Shown: piece after piece, positions 12,001-22,528 of the stretch
Layout: each line of letters opens with the position of its first letter
How positions within the stretch are numbered: position 1 is the stretch's first letter
DNA from: Eledone cirrhosa
Lineage: Eukaryota
Length of the DNA stretch: 64,000 nucleotides
Direction of reading: 5' to 3'
Assembly (NCBI GenBank): GCA_964016885.1
Contig: OZ024743.1
Span: 143,406,001-143,470,000, forward strand
Program-made: the position numbers and the translations under genes
Notes under the pieces: model-generated
Seen by the model: only the letters and a program-made list of their open reading frames with translations
Databases searched by the model: none
Told to the model about the DNA's origin: nothing

Positions 12001-15000
12001 TTTGGTGTTTGGTCTTTGGTGCTTGGTGTTTGGTGCTTGGTGCTTGGTGTTTGGTGTCTGGTGCTTGGTGTTTGGTGTCTGGTGCTTGGTGCTTGGTGCT
12101 TGGTGTTTGGTGTTTGGTGTTTGGTGCTTGGTGTCTGGTGCTTGGTGTTTGGTGTTTGGTGCTTGGTGCTTGGTGTTTGTTGTTTGGTGTTTGGTGCTTG
12201 GTGTCTGGTGCTTGGTGTTTGGTGCTTGGTGTTTGGTGTTTGGTGTTTGGTGCTTGGTGCTTGGTGCTTGGTGCTTGGTGTTTGGTGTTTGGTGCTTGGT
12301 GCTTGGTGTTTGGTGCTTGGTGCTGGGTAGTTGGTGTTTGGTGCTTGGTGTTTGGTGCTGGGTGCTTGGTGCTGGGTGCTTGGTGTTTGGTGCTTGGTGC
12401 TTGGTCTTTGGTGCTTGGTGTTTGGTGTTTGGTGCTTGGTGCTTGGTGTTTGGTGCTTGGTGCTTGGTGTGTGGTGCTTGGTACTTAGTGTTTGGTGCTA
12501 GGTGCTTGGTGTTTGGTGCTTGGTGCTTGGTGTTTGGTGCTTGGTGCTTGGTGTTTGGTGTTTGGTGTTTGGTGCTTGGTGGTTGGTGTTTGGTGTTTGC
12601 TGTTTGCTGTTTGGTGTTTGTTCTTTGGTGTTTGTTGTTTGGTGTTTGCTGTTTGGTGTTTGGTGTTTGCTTTTTGGTGTTTGGTGTTTGCTGTATGTTG
12701 TTTGCTGTTTGGTGTTTGGTGTTTGGTGTTTGGTGCTTGGTGCTTGGTGTTGGTGCTTGGTGTTTGGTGCCTGGTGCTTGGTGCTTGGTGCTTGGTGTTT
12801 GGTGCTTGGAGTTTGGTGCTTGGTGCTTGGTGTTTTGTGTTTCGTGTTTGGTTTTTGGTGCTTGGTGCTTGGTGCTTGGTCCTTAGTGTTTGGTGCTGGG
12901 TGCTTTGTGTTTGGTGCTTGGTGCTTGGTGCTTGGTGTTTGATGTTTGCTGCTTGGTGCTTGGTGTTTTGTGTTTGGTGCTTGGTGTTTGGTGCTTGGTG
13001 CTTGGTGCTTGGTGTTTGTACTTGGTGCTTGGTGCTTGGTGTTTGTTTCTTGGTGTTTGGTGTTTGGCGTTTGGTGTTTGGTGCTTGGTGCTTGGTGTTT
13101 GGTGCTTGGTGCTTGGTGTTTGGTGCCTGGTGCTTGGTGCTTGGTGTTTGGTGTTTGGTGCTTGGAGTTTGGTGTTTGGTGCTTGGTGCTTGGTGTTTTG
13201 TGTTTGGTGTTTGGTTTTTGGTGCTTGGTGCTTGGTGCTTGGTCCTTGGTGTTTGGTGCTGGGTGCTTTGTGTTTGGTGCTTGGTGCTTGGTGTTTGGTG
13301 TTTGCTGCTTGGTGTTTGATGCTTGGTGCTTGGTGCTTGGTGTTTTGTGTTTGGTGCTAGGTGCTTGGTGTTTGGTGCTTGGTGCTTGGTGCTTGGTGTT
13401 TGTACTTGGTGCTTGGTGTTTGGTTCTTGCTTCTTGGTGTTTGGTACTTGGTGCTTGGTGCTTGGTGCTTGATGTTTGGTGTTTGGTGCTTGGTGTTTGG
13501 TGCTTGGTGCTTGGTGTTAGGTGTTTGGTGCTTGGTGCTTGGTGTTTGGTGCTTGGTGTTTGGTGTTTGCTGTTTGGTGTTTGGTGTTTGGTGTTTGCTG
13601 TTTGGTGTCTGCTTTTTGGTGTTTAGTGTTTGCTGTATGGTGTTTGCTGTTTCGTGTTTGGTGTTTGCTGTTTGGTGTTTGGTGTTTGCTGTTTGGTGTT
13701 TGGTCTTTGGTGCTTGGTGTTTGGTGCTTGGTGCTTGATGTTTGGTGTTTGGTGCTTGGTGTTTGGTGCTTGGTGCTTGGTGTTTGGTGCTTGGTGCTTG
13801 GTGTTTGGTGTTTGGTGTTTGGTGCTTGGTGTCTGGTGCTTGGTGTTTGGTGTTTGGTGCTTGGTGTTTGGTGTTTGGTGTTTGGTGCTTGGTGTTTGGT
13901 GTTTGGTGCTTGTTGCTTTGGTGCTTGGTGTTTGGTGCTTGGTGCTTGGTGCTGGGTGCTTGGTGCTTGGTATTTGGTGTTTGGTGCTTGGTGCTTGGTG
14001 TTTGGTGTTTGGTGTTATATGCTTGGTGTTTGATGCTTGGTGCTTGGTTCTTGGTGTTTGGTGTTTGGTGCTTGGTGTTTGATGCTTGGTGCTTGGTGCT
14101 TGGTTCTTGGTGTTTGGTGCTTGGTGTTTGGTGCTTGGTGCTTGGTGTTTGGTGTTTGGTGCTTGCTGCTGGCTGCTTGGTGTTTGGTGCTTGGTGATTG
14201 GTGCTTGGTGTTTGGTGCTTGGTGTTTGGTGCTAGGTGCTTGGTGTTTGGTGCTTGGTGCTTGGTGTTTGTACTTGGTGCTTGGTGCTTGGTTCTTGGTG
14301 TTTGGTGCTTGGTGTTTGGTGCTTGGTGCTTGATGTTTGGTGCTTGGTGTTTGGTGCTTGGTGTTTGGTGCTTGGTGCTTGGTGCTTGGTGCTTGGTGTT
14401 TGGTGCTTGGTGTTAGGTATTTGGTGCTTGGTGCTTGGTGTTTGGTGTTTGGTGCTTCGTGTTTGGTGCTTGGTGCTTGGTGTTTGGTGCTTGGTGTTTG
14501 GTGCTTGGTACTTGGTGCTTGGTGTTAGGTGTTTGGTGCTTGGTGCTTGGTGTTTGGTGCTTGGTGTTTGGTGTTTGGTGCTTGCTGCTGGCTGCTTGGT
14601 GTTTGGTGCTTGGTGTTTGGTGCTTGGTGTTTGGTGCTTGGTGTTTGGTGTTTGGTGCTAGGGGCTTGGTGCTTGGTCTTTGGTGCTTGGTGCATGGTGT
14701 TTGGTGTTTGGTGCTTGGTGCTGGGTGGTTGGTGTTTGGTGTTTGGTGCTGGGTGCTTGGTGTTTGGTGCTTGGTGCTTGGTCTTTGGTGCTTGGTGTTT
14801 GGTGTTTGGTGCTTGGTGCTTGGTGTTTGGTGCTTGGTGCTTGGTGCTTAGTGTTTGGTGCTAGGTGCTTGGGGTTTGGTGTTTGGTGCTTGGTGCTTGG
14901 TGTTTGGTTCTTGGTGCTTGGTGTTTGGTGTTTGGTGCTTGGTGCTTGGTGTTTGCTGTTTGCTGTTTGCTGTTTGGTGTTTGTTGTTTGGTGTTTGTTG

Positions 15001-16346
15001 TTTGGTGTTTGCTGTTTGATGTTTGGTGTTTGATGTTTGCTGTTTGGTGTCTGCTTTTTGGTGTTTGGTGTTTGCTGTACGTTGTTTGCTGTTTGGTGTT
15101 TGGTGTTTGGTGTTTGGTGCTTGGTGCTTTGTGTTTGGTGCTTGGTGCTTGGTGTTTGGTGCCTGGTGCTTGGTGCTTGGTGTTTGGTGCTTGGAGTTTG
15201 GTGTTTGGTGCTTGGTGTTTTGTGTTTGGTGCTTGGTGCTTGGTGTTTGGTGCTTGGTGCTTGGTGCTTGGTGTTTCTACTTGGTGCTTGGTGCTTGGTG
15301 TTTGGTTCTTGGTGTTTGGTACTTGGTGCTTGGTCCTTGGTGTTTGGTGCTGGGTGCTTTGTGTTTGGTGCTTGGTGCTTGGTGTTTGGTGTTTGCTGCT
15401 TGGTGTTTGATGCTTGGTGCTTGGTGCTTGGTGTTTTGTGTTTGGTGCTTGGTGCTTGGTGTTTGGTGCTTGGTGCTTGGTGCTTGGTGTTTGTACTTGG
15501 TGCTTGGTGCTTGGTGTTTGTTTCTTGGTGTTTGGTACTTGGTGCTTGGTGCTTGGTGTTTGGTGTTTGGTGCTTGGTGTTTGGTGCTTGGTGCTTGGTG
15601 TTAGGTGTTTGGTGCTTGGTGCTTGGTGCTTGGTGCTTGGTGTTTGGTGCTTGGTTTTTGGAGCTTAGTTTCTGGTGCTTGGTGTTTGGTGCTTGGTGTT
15701 TGGTGCTTGGTGTTTGGTGCTTGGTGCTTGGTGTTAGGTGTTTGGTGCTTGGTGTTTGATCCTTGGTGCTTGGTGTTTGGTGTTTGGTGCTTGGTGTTTG
15801 GTGTTTGGTGCTTGGTGCTTGCTGCTTGGTGTTTGGTGTTTTGGTGTTTTGTGCTAGGTGCTTGGTGCTTGGTACTTGGTGATTGGTGCTTGGTGCTTCG
15901 TGTTTTGTGTTTGGTGCTTGGTGTTTGGTGCTTGGTGCTTGGTGCTTGGTGTTTGTACTTGGAGCTTGGTGCTTGGTGTTTGGTGCTTGGTGCTTGGTGT
16001 TTGGTGTTTGGTGCTTGGTGCTTGGTGTTTGGTGCTTGGTGTTTAGTGTTTGGTGCTTGGTGTTTGGTGTTTGGTGTTTGGTGCTTGGTGCTTGGTGCTT
16101 GGTGTTTGGTGCTGAGTGTTTGGTGTTTGGTGCTTGGTGCTTGGTGCTTGGCGTTTGGTGCTTGGAGCTTGGTGTTTGGTGCTTGGTGCTTGGTGTTTTG
16201 TGTTTGGTGCTTGGTGTTTGGTGTTTGGTGCTTGGTGTTTGGTGTTTGGTGCTTGGTGTTTGGTGCTTGTTGCTAGGTGTTTGGTGCTTGGTGCCTGGTC
16301 TTTGGTGTTTGGTGTTTGGTGCTTGGTGTATGGTGCTTGGTGCTTG
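1..16346. repeat. Heptameric satellite (TTTGGTG/CTTGGTG)n with multi-kb higher-order repeats
   Basis: Continuous 7-bp periodicity; + strand almost devoid of A; rare variants (e.g. GTTAGGTATT at ~3806, 7958, 10719, 14415) recur at 4152, 2761 and 3696 bp. Extends beyond the window start. Confidence 0.98.
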
Positions 16347-16347
16347 C

Positions 16348-16455
16348 AGACACCTGGAACCGCCACATGGCACACTTAATAGTCAGGCGGATGATTAACT
16401 ATATATTAGAGGTCACTATTCTTGAAGGCAATCGTCAGGGAGAAAATGCATTTAT
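16348..16455 (+). mobile_element. Helitron Rep/Hel (PIF1-like helicase) fragment, decayed
   Basis: Translates with a frameshift as RHLEPPHGT / LIVRRMINYILEVTILEGNRQGENAFI, matching the PIF1-type RNL.PP.LCNGTRL.V....IE.TIL.G...G...FIP segment; homologous to 19068-19190. Confidence 0.8.
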
Positions 16456-16486
16456 CTATATTTATATCTTTATCTCTATGTAATAT

Positions 16487-16591
16487 AAAACACTGGAACT
16501 CCCCTCATCCTTTTAAAAAAACCTGGTCCCGCCACATCTATGTGATGGCACATGCTTAACAGTAAGGGTGAGGATAAACCATCTCCTAGAG
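16487..16591 (+). mobile_element. Second Helitron helicase fragment
   Basis: GTPLILLK/NLVPPHLCDGTCLTVRVRINHLLE; nucleotide similarity to the 16348 and 19070 copies. Confidence 0.75.
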
Positions 16592-17018
16592 TAAAGGTTC
16601 TCAATGGGGGGCATTTCGTAGCCCCAGGGAGGCGTTATGCAGTAAGGGGGCGTTGGGGGGGGGCGTTATGCAGTTATGGGGCGTTTGAAACTTTGAGGGC
16701 GCTAGAAGCCCTTTCAGTTTGGTAAGTTTTATAAGTCATATTTGTACGTCTCTTAGACAGTCAGTGATTTGAATGAATAAAACAAAGAAAATAAATTAAA
16801 GAAGCTTGTCAACGAATTCCCTAGGGAGATAAAAGAAAATCAAAAGAAATCAAAGAGAATGAAAGTAAGGACTACTTCAACAGAAATGACAAGAAGAAGC
16901 AATGGTGGTGAACATACACACACATACATACATACACACACACATATATACACATACATACACACACATATATACACACACAGGCCGGCGTTAGTGTTTG
17001 ATGAAGTTGAGAACCTGG
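16592..17018. mobile_element. Degenerate hAT (Charlie-like) MITE
   Basis: GGTTCTCAA near the left end after a CTAGA target-like site and TTGAGAACC near the right end; no clean TSD. Confidence 0.4.
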
Positions 17019-17216
17019 TCAAGCTTTCAGCCATAAGTGTGGTATTTAATCTCCCTAGGTAATAAAATCTGGCGACAAAAATGTTCTCCTTACCAAAAAA
17101 AGAAGACATAGATCATATCAACATCCTTACACACTTAACTATAAATGCATGTATATATACAAATGTATAAATGCATAGCTATATACATACGTAAATGTAT
17201 GTATATATGTATGTAG

Positions 17217-17246
<30 letters not shown>

Positions 17247-17252
<6 letters not shown>

Positions 17253-17805
17253 AGATAAGCAGAACAAGTAAAATTCAACCAATTTTTCAAAATAAATCAA
17301 AATTAATTTAAAATTAAAATTAATTAAAATTAAAAAATATAATATAAATATTTACCTATTCAGATGGCCCTTACTGTACAGTTTCACTTTGCAAAACATT
17401 AGATATCCTATGGATATTAATGGAAAAACAAAGATCATCAGAGAAGCATTTTCCTTTCCTAGGGTTAAAAACCCAGGAACGATAAAATATATGACCTCTT
17501 CGCCAACTAACAAGGCCTGAAAGATCGTAAAAGTGAACCGTATGTACGCCGGACTGAAGTGAAGGCGGGAAACCATAGACTAGTTGTCTATAGTTGCTAC
17601 TAAAAAAATAGCAGCTAAATAGAACAACAGATTTGTTCTCTACATAACGGAGTATAATGAATAAAGTTAATATGTCTAAGGGTACTAGGTACCCCCAGAA
17701 ATACATAGGTTGTCTATGATTCAAGGTGGTTCGATGGTATTAATTTGATATACCAGAACTTAATATCAAGATAAGCAGAACAAGTAAAATTCAACCAATT
17801 TTTCA
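17247..17805 (-). mobile_element. Non-coding 516-bp unit plus 43-bp terminal direct repeat; retrozyme or Penelope-like pLTR
   Basis: Identical ATATCAAGATAAGCAGAACAAGTAAAATTCAACCAATTTTTCA at 17247-17289 and 17763-17805; (TA)n on both sides; contains a hammerhead motif. Confidence 0.7.
17364..17449 (-). ncRNA. Type I hammerhead ribozyme
   Basis: Minus strand: AUGCUUCU-CUGAUGA-stem II (CUUUG/CAAAG extended by a CAUUA-AUAUCC/GGAUAU-UAAUG hairpin)-GAAA-palindromic stem III (ACUGUACAGU)-GUA-AGGGCCAU; stem I 7/8 paired. Confidence 0.75.
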
Positions 17806-18039
17806 TATATATATATATATATATAAATCTACATATATATATATATAAATATACATACATACATATATACATTTTTTTTTTTTAGTATATGTTGGTTGTA
17901 TACCAATACCTCAGTATGCAGATTGGAGCACTCGACGAAGTGCGCAGGTTGGTTTGGTTTCTCCGGAGTAATGTAAAATACAATAAAATAAATAAGTCAA
18001 ATGTTTAAAATTTGGCTTCGTTTATTACTGCTTCGTTTA

Positions 18040-18323
18040 TTATAAAGCTCAGTGTCAGATTTTCAAAGTTGTAGGATTGAATATGAGAGAATTGGTTTTT
18101 GCCTATGGACAGTTATATATAGTTTGTTCACGAGTGCGAACACGTAGAAATGTTCTTATACTATGTACGAACGGTAAAACGAAGAATCTGGTGTATCTTG
18201 AATGTTTTTGACAGTTTTTTCTCGGCTCATAGTTCAAACCAGACAACACATATAATACAGTTTCTCTTCTATCGTTCTTCTCTTATCATCTGTTGCCCAG
18301 GCGAAGCCGGATATCTCAGGTAG
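18040..18323 (+). mobile_element. Helitron helicase C-terminus with 3' terminus
   Basis: KAQCQIFKVVGLNMRELVFAYGQLYIVCSRV (KSQGQ...HGQLYVA.SRV motif), then a GCGAAGC-capped hairpin at ~18296-18311 and GTAG-T (decayed CTAG end). Confidence 0.75.
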
Positions 18324-18523
18324 TCTTAACTAAATAGAAATTTAATTTGAAAAAAATAAGAAAAATTTTGACCTTATTTATCAATTCTATGAAAAGTTTG
18401 GACACTCTGTATTTTAAAAACTTGAGCTTGAAACATAAATTCAATAAAAACACATTAAATATCAAACTTCTAACACGTTGTTTATATAATATATGAGTTG
18501 TATTTTCTCCTAAAAATGTTATC

Positions 18524-18579
18524 GGCCGCGTGGCCTAATGGATAATGCGTCTAACTTCGAATCAGAAGTCTTGTGGTCG
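18524..18579 (+). pseudogene. tRNA-Arg(TCG) pseudogene, T-arm deleted
   Basis: GGCCGCGTGGCCTAATGGATAATGCGTCTAACTTCGAATCAGAAG then jumps to the acceptor 3' strand GTGGTCG. Confidence 0.85.
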
Positions 18580-18865
18580 TAAACTTTCAATCTTTATTTT
18601 CTTCCTATCACACATTGTTATTACAAACATTTTTTATATTTTTTAACTATATGGAAACAATATTTTTTTTTTTAAGAATGAAGAATTTGTATCTTGTTTA
18701 TCAATTCAATGGCTCGAAGACGAATCGAAAGAAGAGATGGAGATTCTATAGTGAGGTCTCGGTTCTGGTCGGAACACCGTCATGTCTTTCATCTAACACC
18801 CGAACAAAGCATGGCGTCTGACCCTCTACCGATACTGCCAATCTACCGCAAAATAATGAAGGCTG

Positions 18866-18936
18866 CAACCACGACGTGACACGAAAGCGAAATCCTCTGA
18901 TTCGACGTCAGACGCCTTATGTTTGGCAACATGGTC
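18866..18936 (-). pseudogene. tRNA-Arg(TCG) pseudogene
   Basis: Aligns to the intact 24660-24732 gene; TCTGA/TCAGA anticodon stem retained, D and T arms decayed. Confidence 0.75.
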
Positions 18937-19067
18937 TTCCATGCAAACAATTAGAAACTACCACAATATATTATATAAAAAGTTGTCAAATGTGTGATAT
19001 TTCGTGTGTTTTTAATCAGTGTATTTACCATTTTAAAAAAATAGCGACACTTAACCCCATAACCTTT

Positions 19068-19488
19068 TGAAAAATCCTGTCCCGCCACGTCTCTGCGTTG
19101 ACACACGCTTAAGAGTAACGGTGATGATGAACCATTTCCTAGAGGTCACTATTCTTGGAGGCAATCATCAACGAGAAAATGCATTTATTCGCAAGATTCC
19201 TCTCATCTCTTTATCTACCTAGCTGCCATGCACATTCTCAAGACTTCACTTCCCTGTTAGAACCAGTTTTGCTATGACCATAAATAAAGCTCATAGTCAG
19301 TGTCAAGGTGGTAGGAATGAATATGAGAGAATCAATGTTTACCCATGGACAGTTATATGTAGGTACTTCACGAATGGGACCGCATAGAAATCTTCATATA
19401 CTATGTACGAACAGTACAACAAACAATCTGGTGTATCTGGAATGTTTTTTCTCAGCTCTTACTTTAAACCAGACAACACATATAATCA
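19068..19488 (+). mobile_element. Helitron PIF1-like helicase C-terminal remnant
   Basis: PPRLCVDTRL...EVTILGG...ENAFIRKIPLI...SRLHFPVRTSFAMTINKAHSQ / VVGMNMRESMFTHGQLYVGTSRM...NNLVY, with a stop and a frameshift. Confidence 0.9.
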
Positions 19489-19615
19489 GGGACTGAGTTA
19501 CGGCGTTAAGCGTCATTCTTTTTTTTAAATGGTAAATACATTGACTAAAAACATGAAATATCACACATTTCACAACTTTTTATATATTGTGGTAGTTTCT
19601 CTTGTTTGTATAAAT

Positions 19616-19688
19616 GTCGGCGTGGTTTTGCGCATAATGCCTCCGACTGTGAATCGGAAGATTGTGATTTTGAATCCCATCGTCGTCA
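19616..19688 (+). pseudogene. Degenerate tRNA of the Arg-type body with GTG at the anticodon position
   Basis: Gap-free 73-nt alignment to the tRNA-Arg gene; TCCGA-CTGTGAA-TCGGA arm; D and T arms broken. Confidence 0.65.
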
Positions 19689-19869
19689 CCAAAATTATAT
19701 TTATTTATATATGTTTACTTATCTTTTACCTGATACTTTACCTGATGTTTAAACTCAATAAAAATATAATTAAACAATATAACGAAGCATTTTATTCTTC
19801 TTTATCAATCCTGTATATTTGGCAAAATATTTCGCCCGCAAACATAGATGGGTGCTGGTACATTGCAAA

Positions 19870-20165
<296 letters not shown>

Positions 20166-20461
20166 GTGTGCGATTTTTGTACGTGTGTAATATATAGTTA
20201 TAGAGGTGGATATGTTCATTTTGATTTATATTTTTAATTATTATGTGTCTACTTCACCTTCCGTAGTTTATAGATTCCATACACTGGTGGAGCCCTGTTT
20301 ATTGATCGCACACACTCTCTCCCTCTAGTGTGTTAGCCTTTCTACATATTGTATTTTGAAGAGCCCAGGATTCCTTTTCCTTTGAGCACATAATTTACAG
20401 GGACTAACGCAAGTCTATTGACTCCGTTAATATTTGTATATATATATATATATATATATAT

Positions 20462-21656
20462 ATTACAGGGAAAAATGCGGGCGCATGTAAAGAAATATTC
20501 TTAAATTAATAAACCTAGAAAAGTAAAGGACAAGAAAACTTCTTAAAACTTCTTAAAATATTGCAGCTATAGTATAAATTTGAATAATAAAAAATATTTG
20601 ATTTAAATATACATAGAAAGTGATAAATTCTAATAATACAGTTGACTCTCTAATTGATAATAATACTAATTTATGATCATTTATTTAATTTTGTGATCCT
20701 AATTTACACCATAGTGGTTGGGTCATTAAATAAATATACTTTATTTTACTTTACTAAATGGGACTGAAAAAATTAGTGACAATTATAAACATCAAATAAA
20801 ACAAAATTTTGGCGTGTAAATGACACTAACAATTAATTAATAATTAATTAGGGAGCCAACTGTAATGATAAATAATAACAAATTATAATTGTTTAATAAT
20901 GAAATTTAAGACCTGTCAGAGATCAAAATAACTAATCTACATTTTTAGGTAGAGTAAAATTAGACTACAATTAAAAATTAAACATTGTCTAATTCAACAG
21001 TTCATCTAATGAATTGATGAATTCACTATAATTGATTGATTCACTATAAATGAATAATTGATGAATTGACTTTTACCTAATTTTGCTCCTTGAGATGTTG
21101 AATTTTACTATATTATAAAAAAAATCTGTAATACTCATAAAAAGTGCAATTATATGATGCACTGTTTTTGATTTATTTTACTGCATTATTTTATAACTAA
21201 ATTTTAAAAAATATAATTTGATTAAGAGTGAAAATTTTTAAATATCTTATAACATAAATTAATAAATTGTACATATTAATTATTATTATTATTATTTATT
21301 AATTATTAATTAATTATTGTACAAATTATTGTACAAATTTTATTTTAAAAAGATTAATTTGTATACACCAAGAAAAAAATTAAGTATACAGTAGTCAACT
21401 CTCCCTATAAGACAGTCATTTTTCCAGTCCTTTAAAGTGATATTTTTTTAACAATTAACTTATAATTATTTATTTTTAGTTTTATAATCTAAATATTTCT
21501 TTTCAAATTTAGACTTTAGCTGCAATATTTTAAGAAGTTTTAACAAGAAGTTTTCTTGTCCTTTACTTTTCCAGGTGTAATAACTTGTCCTTTACTTTTC
21601 TAGGTTTATTAATTTAAGAATATTTCTTTACATGCGCCCGCATTTTTCCCTGTAAT
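20462..21656. mobile_element. Non-autonomous foldback-like element with ~110-140-bp inverted arms
   Basis: 20462-20569 is the reverse complement of 21517-21656 (first ~70 bp perfect; right arm has an internal duplication); very AT-rich non-coding interior. Confidence 0.75.
20639..20862. mobile_element. Tc1/mariner(pogo)-type MITE nested in the foldback element
   Basis: TA|CAGTTGACTCTCTAATT ... AATTAGGGAGCCAACTG|TA. Confidence 0.7.
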
Positions 21657-21765
21657 CCACTTTTTTTCCAGGCAATGCAAGGATATTATATTAATATTAA
21701 AAATATTTATCAACAAATAAGTTAAATAAATAATAATGAATAGGAAGAAGTGCAGATAGGAAAAG

Positions 21766-21838
21766 CAATCAGGGTGGGAATCGAACCCACGACCTTCGGA
21801 TTGCTAGTCCGCTGCTCTACCGACTGAGCTACCTGACC
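21766..21838 (-). tRNA. tRNA-like cloverleaf, anticodon AGC, lacking the alanine G3:U70 pair (may be element-derived)
   Basis: GGTCAGG-TA-GCTC/GAGC D arm, CGGA-CTAGCAA-TCCG, GTGGG-TTCGATT-CCCAC, CCTGATT-G, then CTTTT. Confidence 0.55.
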
Positions 21839-22528
21839 ACAATTCACTATTGCACAATCTATCACTATTTTAATGTATTAGAAATTAGAAACAAACTAAG
21901 CGTTACTTATGTATGTAGTTCCTTACACTCTTTTGGTCCTCACTTATTTTTATCTAACTTTTTTTCTACTGAACCAAATTTCAATATTTTTATGTCAAAA
22001 AGTAGCTTATCTGTGGTCCTATAAAGTGCAAAACACCGCATCCAATTCTATCAAAAATTGAATTAGTGACGAAGCTTTGAATGTGTCGCGAGTGACCGAA
22101 ATGGGACCTTAAGAATATTATACACCTACTACCGTAGGTGTATGATATATATATGTATGTATGTATGTATGTGTGTGTAGGGGCGAAATTAGTGGTTCGA
22201 CAATTGCTGATATTTATAAAAGATTTCTAAAAGTTTTGTTCTGAGGGCCGATGTGAGTGACAACATATCTCTTCAAGGCATAATGTAGAAGACCTTAGGT
22301 TGTAGCGCAGATCCAATACTAAATAACAGATATATTTAAATGTTATTTTGGATATATTTAATTTGCTGTTGATACATTTCAAAGGATTTAGGAGTACAAT
22401 GGAGTATATGTGGTTATTGGCTATGGTCCTATGTTCCCTCTCATAATTCAACATACCACGATGTTTAAAAATATTTTTTTTTAAATATTAATTGTAATCA
22501 TGTCTAATAGGGAGAAAAAAACATACCG

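Noticed and set aside
1-16346. Telomere interpretation of the TG-rich array
   Set aside because: The G/T-rich strand runs toward the unique DNA rather than toward the window start, the unit is not TTAGGG, and it has higher-order structure.
1-16346. CRISPR-like or information-encoding array
   Set aside because: No unique spacers or cas genes; eukaryotic context; the variant pattern is explained by block duplications.
16320-16360. Satellite monomer derived from helicase V-G-A codons (GTTGGTGCT)
   Set aside because: The paralogous fragment at 16487 reads GTPLILL at that position, so the local family does not contain the motif.
10-16398. Long WCLVxGx and PSTKHQA heptad-repeat ORFs (up to ~570 aa)
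   Set aside because: Automatic consequence of a stop-poor 7-bp satellite; all frames give the same peptide, 1-bp indels shift frames freely, and there is no codon-level constraint.
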